DNA from: a virus
Length of the DNA stretch: 64,000 nt
Strand: one strand, 5' to 3'
Virus record (IMG/VR): IMGVR_UViG_3300043823_000671
Span: 28,737-92,736 of that record
Shown: in pieces, positions 41,504 to 49,186 of the stretch
Layout: each line of letters opens with the position of its first letter
Position numbering within the stretch: position 1 is the first letter of the stretch
Notes under the pieces: generated by a model
Told to the model about the DNA's origin: nothing
Seen by the model: only the letters and a program-made list of their open reading frames with translations
Databases searched by the model: none
Program-made: the position numbers and the translations under genes

Positions 41504-42700
41504 ATGATTCGTGTAGCAAACACAACCCCAGGCATCGTCTCGTTTGAGCAGACGGTTGCAAAGGGCTCAACCGCCCAAATCGCTTCAGCGCAGATTGCCA
41601 AGGCGAGTGCAGAACTGGGTTCCGCCCGTGTCGAAATGGACAATGCCACCTTCCGTCTCCAAAAGGCAGAAGAGTCGATGAAGGCAACCAAGATTGCCTA
41701 CTTTGAGGCAGTCGAAAAGTCCGCCTGGAACAAGGACGAACTGCGTAAGTCGTATAACAACGCCCTCGCCGGTTACCGTGAAGCAGATGCTCGTTTCGCC
41801 AAGGCAAGCGAAGTTTTTACCACCGCCGAATCCGTGTTCAACTCGCTAAACGACTTGGCTAAGGGGAAGACCCCCAAGGCTCTCCGCTCGGAGGCTGATG
41901 CCCACGACAAGAAGACCGAAGAAGCAAAGGCTTCTGGAGACTTTGACGCCGTTCAGCAACACGCCCAAGCAAGCGCTAAGTTGCGTGCTGAGGCGAAGGA
42001 AATGGAAGACGACTCAAACGAAGAGAAGCGTGGTCAAGAAGTTTCAGATGTCGCCAAGCGGGAGTTCTCGGACGCCAAGCGCCAGTCCCTCGCCCAAGAG
42101 GGCAAGGCAATGCCTGACGGCTCCTACCCAATCGAAACCAAGGGAGACCTTGCGAACGCCGTCCAGTCCTTCGGGCGTGCCAAGTCACCCGCTCAAGTAA
42201 AGAGTCACATCATCCGCCAGGCTCAGGCGCTCAACGCCGTAGACCTCTTGCCGGAAGAGTGGATGAAGCCCGCTGTACAAAAGGCTGAAAAGGGCGAATG
42301 GAAAAAGCCGTGGCTAGACGACTCATCGGACGAATCATCGGACGACTCATCGGATGACACTGGCGACGACTCATCCAAGGAAGCACCGGCAAAGACCGTC
42401 GGCAAGGCTCAGGCTTGGCTCGTTATTTGCCCCACCTGTGGCGGAGAAGACGACACCTGCCCGACTTGCGACGGAACCGGTTCTGTCCCCGAAGACCAGT
42501 CAGACGAAACATCTGACACATCAGATGAGATGACTAAGGCAAAGAAGAAGCCAGCAGTCGCTGAGTCCCCCGAGGACGACTCCACGGACGACTCCGAAAT
42601 GGATGACTCGGGTATGGAAGATAGCGATTCTGACGAGGGTTACGTTGCTAAGTCTGCTTTCAGCACAGAGTCTTTGCTCTACCCACACATCTCGAAGTAA
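41504..42700 (+). CDS. Head-associated scaffold-like protein
   Basis: Coiled coil; REFS...R..LA..G.AMPDGSYPI....DL.NA...GRA domain seen in phage maturation proteins; CPTC..CPTC finger; many [VIL]xK sites. Confidence 0.65.
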   Translation: MIRVANTTPGIVSFEQTVAKGSTAQIASAQIAKASAELGSARVEMDNATFRLQKAEESMKATKIAYFEAVEKSAWNKDELRKSYNNALAGYREADARFAKASEVFTTAESVFNSLNDLAKGKTPKALRSEADAHDKKTEEAKASGDFDAVQQHAQASAKLRAEAKEMEDDSNEEKRGQEVSDVAKREFSDAKRQSLAQEGKAMPDGSYPIETKGDLANAVQSFGRAKSPAQVKSHIIRQAQALNAVDLLPEEWMKPAVQKAEKGEWKKPWLDDSSDESSDDSSDDTGDDSSKEAPAKTVGKAQAWLVICPTCGGEDDTCPTCDGTGSVPEDQSDETSDTSDEMTKAKKKPAVAESPEDDSTDDSEMDDSGMEDSDSDEGYVAKSAFSTESLLYPHISK

Positions 42701-42718
42701 CAGGGGGCACGTAAGACC

Positions 42719-45313
42719 GTGTCTACCAATGAATCTTCGTTGAGTTCAATTGCCGGATGGGTAACATCATTTTTTAGCAACCGTTCAGAAACGGTCGCTA
42801 AGGGCGACGTGCCGGGGCACGAGTTCCACGGCAATCAATGGAGCAAGGAAGCAGTTGCCCAACTTCGTGAGCGCTCACTCATGCACGCCGATAAGACACG
42901 TCAGGTCAACGCCCCGTATACAGACCCCATGCGAATCACGTGGGACTCGGGCAAGGATGCCCACCAAGTCAACAGTGAAAAGTTAGCGGATATCGCAAAC
43001 AAGATTGAGAACGACCCGTCGAAAACGCTCAACGAGCACCTGGCGGACCTCAAGCAAGAGCACGATGGGCTCAAGCAACAACAGGCTAAAGATTTATTGT
43101 CGAACTACTTCAATCGAAAAAGCCACTTCACCACTGACGCCATTGAGCAGGCTATGGAAGTTATCAAGCCGATTGCCGATAAAGAAAACCTGTCGGTAGA
43201 AAAACAGATTATTCAAAAGGGCGACGTGCCGGGTCACCCCTTCCACGGCAACCAATATCAGACAGTCGAAGCGATGGCTAGTGATATAAAAGCCAAGTAC
43301 CCAAGAATGTCTTCGGTCAGCCGGGGCAAAGACAGGTTGGCTGAGTCCGTCAAAAGGGGAGGGGATAGGTCCATCTTTAACGTTGGCGAAAGTGCTCACC
43401 TCGCCATGGACGCAAATGAATTATCGAAGCAATTCAATAGTCTAAGAAGCAACCACCCGGGCGCAGATAACCCCGACACCGTTTTAGCGTCAAGCCCGTC
43501 CTCAAGTGTAACCATGAATACGATGGATACACTTTTTCGAAGTAGTGAAGCACCAGACTCTCTGATTCAAAATGCTTTAGAAAAATCTTTCAAAGAGTAC
43601 AACGGTAATACCAAATCACTTTTTGACTCGTCAGGGAAAATCCGCCCTGGGCGTATGGATGAAATTAATAAACAATACGCAGACTCGGTAACAGACCTAA
43701 CCCAAAAGTTGACATTGGCTGATTCAGCAAAAACAAAACTTCTATCTGACCCGACAGTCGAAAACGCCACAAGTTTTATTAACGCCGTAAATGATGCGAC
43801 AACTCAAATGTCGGATATGCGTCGTCTTGGGCTTTTCTCTAGCGCCGTAGACCGTTTCGCCGGAGATAAAACGGTTGCGGAAACCAACTACCAGCAAACG
43901 CTATCCCTAGCAAAACAAACATACGGCTTGACTGACGCAAAATCCTTGCTCCCGGCAATTACGGGACTTCAAAAAAATGTAACAGACGCCTACTCTCAAA
44001 TTAATAAAGTGCTAGAGAAAACCGGATTTGACAACCTAACCCCAGAAGTGGTCAAGGGGCTCGACGGGAAATACGCACAAGTGGCTGAGGGGAGTTCGGC
44101 AATCAGTGTGTTGGCTAAATTGCCCAATTTCGATAGAACGACAAGTTACTTTGACTCGACACCAAAATTTGGGTCATCAGGAAAAACCAGCGAAGAAAAT
44201 CAGAAAATTCTCACAGATGTCGTGGATGCAAGTCATAAACTCGCCAATGAAACTGAATCAGGGAAAAACATTGTTAGTGCGTATGCGACACTCAATGATT
44301 TAACGAATGAACTCTCGGCAATAAAAAGCGCCAGTGACCTGGCTCCGACTTTGGGGAAGTGGGCGGGCGAAATCGACAATGCTTACAGAAAAGCACAAAC
44401 GGCTTACAACTCTTCTAATTATGGAACACCAGAAGAAGCGTTGGCTCAAAGTACCATGCGCTTGCTTAGCGACAACAAAGATTCTTTACAGGAACTTGAA
44501 AATAAAATCAACTACGCCAATTCTTATGAAGAGGCAAACAATCTGATGAGCGGAAGCGACTCCCGCCCTTTAGAAGAACGCCTGGCAGACGCAGAGGGTC
44601 TACTTAGTACGATGTCGCCTGCCGCTAGGGGGCACGGTTTCGACGGTAACACATTGAGTTTTGAAAATACTTTCAAGAAAGCGGACGGTACCGAACAGGC
44701 GATACTTCCGAGCGATGCTCAACCATCTAGAATTACCCGTCAAGATTTTACAAACACTTACGACAATCTCCGTAACACGGTGACCGGTTTGAAAGCGGAG
44801 GTTGCATCAAACCGTGCAAGCCAACTCATGGGCGACATACAAAAAATAGACACTGCAAACCCGACGGATGAAGACTTTGCAAAAATCGAAGAAGTGAAAA
44901 ATCTTTTGTCGGAGTCAATAAATTCTTATGGCGACGGATACGATTTGACAAATTCCGCGGACGCAACAAGGTTGCAAGGCGAACTTCCAAAACTGCTGGC
45001 GAGCCACGCCAATTTAGACCTAGTAAAGAACATTGAAGCCAAGGCTTCCGGACCTTATTATTACTCCAAGTTGATGTCAATTGTCAACGGCGGAGGAAAC
45101 AACACCACTTACAAGCCAAGTACTTTGGCAAAAAAAGCGGTTGATGGCTACGACCGCTTGAGAAGTGAACTATTGCCAACCGGTCAAGACGAATCGTCAT
45201 TGAGCAGTAGCGACAAGGCGCTTTACGATTTTTACACCTCCCAGATAAATAGCGTCAATTCGATGGCTGACAAAATTGAACTCGCAAATCAACTCCAAAG
45301 GCACAACCTCTAA
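42719..45313 (+). CDS. 864-aa tagged alpha-helical protein (candidate internal/ejection protein)
   Basis: Tags at 42800 and 43217; no recognisable catalytic motif. Confidence 0.65.
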   Translation: MSTNESSLSSIAGWVTSFFSNRSETVAKGDVPGHEFHGNQWSKEAVAQLRERSLMHADKTRQVNAPYTDPMRITWDSGKDAHQVNSEKLADIANKIENDPSKTLNEHLADLKQEHDGLKQQQAKDLLSNYFNRKSHFTTDAIEQAMEVIKPIADKENLSVEKQIIQKGDVPGHPFHGNQYQTVEAMASDIKAKYPRMSSVSRGKDRLAESVKRGGDRSIFNVGESAHLAMDANELSKQFNSLRSNHPGADNPDTVLASSPSSSVTMNTMDTLFRSSEAPDSLIQNALEKSFKEYNGNTKSLFDSSGKIRPGRMDEINKQYADSVTDLTQKLTLADSAKTKLLSDPTVENATSFINAVNDATTQMSDMRRLGLFSSAVDRFAGDKTVAETNYQQTLSLAKQTYGLTDAKSLLPAITGLQKNVTDAYSQINKVLEKTGFDNLTPEVVKGLDGKYAQVAEGSSAISVLAKLPNFDRTTSYFDSTPKFGSSGKTSEENQKILTDVVDASHKLANETESGKNIVSAYATLNDLTNELSAIKSASDLAPTLGKWAGEIDNAYRKAQTAYNSSNYGTPEEALAQSTMRLLSDNKDSLQELENKINYANSYEEANNLMSGSDSRPLEERLADAEGLLSTMSPAARGHGFDGNTLSFENTFKKADGTEQAILPSDAQPSRITRQDFTNTYDNLRNTVTGLKAEVASNRASQLMGDIQKIDTANPTDEDFAKIEEVKNLLSESINSYGDGYDLTNSADATRLQGELPKLLASHANLDLVKNIEAKASGPYYYSKLMSIVNGGGNNTTYKPSTLAKKAVDGYDRLRSELLPTGQDESSLSSSDKALYDFYTSQINSVNSMADKIELANQLQRHNL

Positions 45314-47139
45314 TGTCTAACGTACCCCAATCGCTTATTCGCCTTCTTGAAATCACCAAAGGCGGGAAGGGCTCGGGACGCAAGCCCGGTCACAACTTTG
45401 GTGGTAACCAGTACGTAAAGTACGATGAAAACGGCAACCCCATAGCCACTGACCGGTCACCAAAAAAAACTCCAAGTGTCGATTCACCAACCCAGGAAGA
45501 GCCCAAGCCATTAGTCGAGCCAAAAATCCAAAGGGCTATCGACGCATCTACCGCAATTGCATCAATGATTCACATTCCTGAGGCTCGGAGGGACACATAC
45601 ATCAAAAACCTAACGACGATTCTTACTGACAAAGAAAGTTATGAACTGAATTATTCCCGTCAGAAAGATGTACAAACTGCCGACACTACCAATGGCGCAA
45701 TCCTCGGGATGCTCGGATACACAGCAAAACCAAAAGTTGTTTCGACTGATGAATTCAATAAGATTGACTCAACCTGCTATTACTCGGGTCTTAATTCTGG
45801 AAGCAAGTCTGTGCCAATCCCCGGCAAGATGTCAAACCTCTTGTACGGCGAGACTCCACGGTATGGCGGTCCAATGTTTGGTGCGGCGTTCTACACATCA
45901 GAAAAAGTCGACACTCCAATGTCGTACGCAACGAATCAAGGAAACGAACAAGCCATATTTAGATTTAAGTGGGCTGACCCTTCAAACGTTTACAACGAAA
46001 ATACAGGAACCCTTACAAGCACCACTGCCTTCACTGACGTCGTATTGCCGTCTTCGAACAAAACCATTTGGGACGCTAACGGTCTGACCGATATTATGAA
46101 GGAGAACGGTTACAGCGATAGGGAAATTAGCCAGATATCCATAGCATTTTCGGACTCTTCAATGGCAAAGAGCATCACGCCAGCCCTCGCTGGCTATGAC
46201 GGATATTACGCAGGAAGACAGAACTACATGATGGGCTTGAACCGTGGTGCGATGATATTCCCAGATACGTTCATCCGTGTCCAGGCGAGCGACAACGCAA
46301 CCGTTAGAAACGCCATCAGCAATTATGACTTGGGTAGCGCACGGGGGCTGACGGAAGAGACCGTCCCGCAGGACAAGGTGCTGACCACGAGCAAATCTTA
46401 CGAGCCAAGTGAGGTTTTGGAAAAAGGCGATGTAGTAGGTCACGTTTTTCACGGCAACCAATGGCAAAACGGTTTCGGCGGGGGCTCTAGTAAAAGCGCA
46501 ATTTTCCGCTATTCACGAGTTGTTGCCCACCAAATGTATGTTCGTGCCACAACGAATGAGCCCGACATCACCGCACACTTGTTCAAGGTTGCAAACTCGA
46601 CAGGTGGTACGCCCGTCAAGCCGGAGTTCAGAATCAAGGCAGAGGCTTCTCTATCTCGCAAGATTCGTAGCGACGCACAGGATTTGATGGGCGTTCCCGG
46701 AGAAACACCACGAAGCGCTATTGAGAAAGCGGGCGCCGATATCGGAGACAGCCTGCGCTACACAATTTCTTATCCCGACGCCAAGTTTGGTGCTGGCGTG
46801 TCGGAGACCCTCAAGCAAATGCAAGATACTTTTGGGTACGTCCCTCTGAAAATCAAAAATTATTTCAATGACGACCCCGGGAACTCATATCGTGGAATCA
46901 ACTGCGTTTTCAAAGACCCAAAAACAAGCCAGTTGTTCGAGTTGCAGTTCCACACACCTTCGTCTAGCGCAATGGTTGAAGAGGTCCACGGTTTATACGA
47001 AAAGTACCGTGTGTTAGACAAGTCTTCGGACGAGTACGAGGCTGGTCAGCAACAAATGCGCTCGCTATGGGGCACGGTTCCAATCCCACCTGGCGCAGAA
47101 GGCATCGGCGCCCATTCGGTCAAGAAGCAACTTGACTAG
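45313..47139 (+). CDS. Tagged polyprotein: ART-like domain plus RelA/SpoT-type alarmone synthetase
   Basis: Tags at 45358 and 46423. C-terminal RIKAEASLSRKI, DSLRYT, KNYF, YRGINCVF, FELQFHT, H.LYEKYR. Central FGAAFYTS..GYDG is PARP/ART-like (weaker). Confidence 0.8.
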   Translation: MSNVPQSLIRLLEITKGGKGSGRKPGHNFGGNQYVKYDENGNPIATDRSPKKTPSVDSPTQEEPKPLVEPKIQRAIDASTAIASMIHIPEARRDTYIKNLTTILTDKESYELNYSRQKDVQTADTTNGAILGMLGYTAKPKVVSTDEFNKIDSTCYYSGLNSGSKSVPIPGKMSNLLYGETPRYGGPMFGAAFYTSEKVDTPMSYATNQGNEQAIFRFKWADPSNVYNENTGTLTSTTAFTDVVLPSSNKTIWDANGLTDIMKENGYSDREISQISIAFSDSSMAKSITPALAGYDGYYAGRQNYMMGLNRGAMIFPDTFIRVQASDNATVRNAISNYDLGSARGLTEETVPQDKVLTTSKSYEPSEVLEKGDVVGHVFHGNQWQNGFGGGSSKSAIFRYSRVVAHQMYVRATTNEPDITAHLFKVANSTGGTPVKPEFRIKAEASLSRKIRSDAQDLMGVPGETPRSAIEKAGADIGDSLRYTISYPDAKFGAGVSETLKQMQDTFGYVPLKIKNYFNDDPGNSYRGINCVFKDPKTSQLFELQFHTPSSSAMVEEVHGLYEKYRVLDKSSDEYEAGQQQMRSLWGTVPIPPGAEGIGAHSVKKQLD

Positions 47140-47187
47140 AGTACGGTACGGTGCTATCATGTATGTCTTGGTTAGGAAAGTTGCATC

Positions 47188-47466
47188 ATGAGCACGGATA
47201 GTGTCTTTTTCTACAGCATTGCACAACCAGACGCAGGAGTAATCGGAAGTGCGACTCTTGAAGATGGGAAGTTCGGCGCCGAAACGGGTGTAGCAAGTCT
47301 TATGATTGAAAGCGTACGCAAGCGTTTTTATTTAGAAGATGGCGACAGCACGGCTATTACTGACCAAAAGGTTTTTGACACCCTCAGTGATAACTGGGTT
47401 AGCGGTGTTTTTTTCACGCTTCCCAAAGAGTTCACCGGGGCTCAGATAAAGGAATACGTGGGATGA
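47188..47466 (+). CDS. Small acidic protein downstream of the alarmone synthetase
   Basis: AGGA RBS; position next to a toxin-like gene. Confidence 0.55.
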   Translation: MSTDSVFFYSIAQPDAGVIGSATLEDGKFGAETGVASLMIESVRKRFYLEDGDSTAITDQKVFDTLSDNWVSGVFFTLPKEFTGAQIKEYVG

Positions 47467-47678
47467 GCGACGCAAAAGATTATTACTATTATCAACTGAC
47501 TTCTTTGACGACCGGGGAGCCGTCGCTGTACTACCGCCTGGCTACCAACTTCACCAACCCAGAGGTTTGGAGCGGTGTGGCAAAAAGTTGGGTCCCAAGC
47601 GAATCTTTGATGGACAAGTTGATGAGTGGGGACCCGGCGGTCGACGAACTCGATTCTGACCCCACCAAGAACCTCTAA
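47463..47678 (+). CDS. Candidate immunity protein of the RelA/SpoT toxin domain
   Basis: 71 aa, YYY..L.RL..EVW...W..S..L.......D..EL pattern reminiscent of small immunity proteins of MuF-linked (p)ppApp synthetases (recalled resemblance). Confidence 0.45.
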   Translation: MSDAKDYYYYQLTSLTTGEPSLYYRLATNFTNPEVWSGVAKSWVPSESLMDKLMSGDPAVDELDSDPTKNL

Positions 47679-47743
47679 GTTTCTCGGTTTCTGTATTGTT
47701 GGGATAAAGTATGGGGTAGTCACGCCCCGATTTAAAGGTCCCT

Positions 47744-49186
47744 ATGAGCGATACATTCACGGAAATCAGCACGTGGCTAACTGACGCTCGTAATATCCAG
47801 GTGCACAAGGCTGGTAACGCAAGTGCGCTTATTGACTGGTACAACGCCGGGGCGGATGGTCAAATCAACTGGGGCTCGGAAGGCGACTTTGACGCCTGCG
47901 TATCAATTGCCTCAAAGTACATGGATGACGACCAGGCAAAAGGCTTCTGCCAAAATCGCCACATCGATGCGACCGGGGAGCCAGCAGGCAAGGCTCCGGG
48001 CGAGGTAAAAAAGGGCAAGATTCTCAACAGCGTCATTGCCGGTGTAGTCGCCTCACATAACCTAAATATGAGTTCAGCAATGGTTGGCGGTATTGCGGGA
48101 ATAGCGACAGCAATCGCCCTTGCAAGCAAGAGTCTCAATGGCTCAGTCAACCCAACAACCGTCCAAAGTGCCGTGCAGAATGCGGTGGGCGCTTCGGTAA
48201 CAATCGACTCAAGTTCCCTGGCAGATGCCCTGTACAACTTGTATAGCGACGCTGGAAACGCCGGAATATCCGTCGGGGCGAGCCAAACAGGTTTCACCAA
48301 CGTAGATGGAGCCAAGGCTCTGAATAGCCTTATGCAGAATAGAGCCGATATCCTCAAGGGGCTCGACAAAACGACACTCTCCCTAATCTCAGACTCGATA
48401 AGCCAAGGGCTAATCAACGGTCAGGATTTGGGTGATATTGGAACGCAGATTAATGCCCTGGTCAACAACCCGACAAGGCTCGACATGATTCTCCTTACCG
48501 AGACAAGCCGTGCTTACAATGCGGGTCTTATCGGCGCATACCAGCAGGCTGGCATTCAGCAGTTCAACTGGATTTGCACCGAAAGCGCTTGTCAGCCCTG
48601 CGAAGAAATGCAGGGCGTCCACGATATTGACGAACAGGAGCCACCGCTCCACCCAAACTGTCAATGCGAAATCTCGCCGGTAATGGCTGAGGATTTGACT
48701 AAAGATGCGCTGGGGTCATTTACGCCCAAGGCTTCAATCTCCGCCCAAAGCGCCCTGGAGTCAGCGACAAAGGGGTACCAACTCCGGAACTTAGGCAAGT
48801 GGGAATCTGCAACAATCGCCCATCAGTTCGCCGCTAAAAAGTACCGTGAGGCGTCTGCCCACGAGCGTTCAGCACACGCACCGAACAGCCAAGATAACGC
48901 CCGAATTCTGGACGAAAAGGCTGGCGAGCAGGACCAACTAGCGAATATGTCACAACTCATGTCGGTAGCCCCAACGCACTCACCGGCTGAAGTATCTAAG
49001 TACGAAAATCCAAAGTCGAAGCCCGGGTCACAAGACTGGGGATATCTCGACCCGGCAGAAAATGTTCTACTGCCGGACACCGTCGCCTCGTTTGAAACGG
49101 AAGATGAGTCAAGCAGTTCCGAGGGGAACATAAAGCCAATCAGCGTTGCCTACATCCAAGGGCAACAAGACGCCACAAAGAAGTGA
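47744..49186 (+). CDS. MuF/gp7-like minor head protein with N- and C-terminal extensions
   Basis: R..MI..TE..RA.N.G....Y...G....W......C..C....G......PPLHPNC.C; N-terminal WG..GDF..C....KY.....G.C..RH domain. Confidence 0.85.
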   Translation: MSDTFTEISTWLTDARNIQVHKAGNASALIDWYNAGADGQINWGSEGDFDACVSIASKYMDDDQAKGFCQNRHIDATGEPAGKAPGEVKKGKILNSVIAGVVASHNLNMSSAMVGGIAGIATAIALASKSLNGSVNPTTVQSAVQNAVGASVTIDSSSLADALYNLYSDAGNAGISVGASQTGFTNVDGAKALNSLMQNRADILKGLDKTTLSLISDSISQGLINGQDLGDIGTQINALVNNPTRLDMILLTETSRAYNAGLIGAYQQAGIQQFNWICTESACQPCEEMQGVHDIDEQEPPLHPNCQCEISPVMAEDLTKDALGSFTPKASISAQSALESATKGYQLRNLGKWESATIAHQFAAKKYREASAHERSAHAPNSQDNARILDEKAGEQDQLANMSQLMSVAPTHSPAEVSKYENPKSKPGSQDWGYLDPAENVLLPDTVASFETEDESSSSEGNIKPISVAYIQGQQDATKK

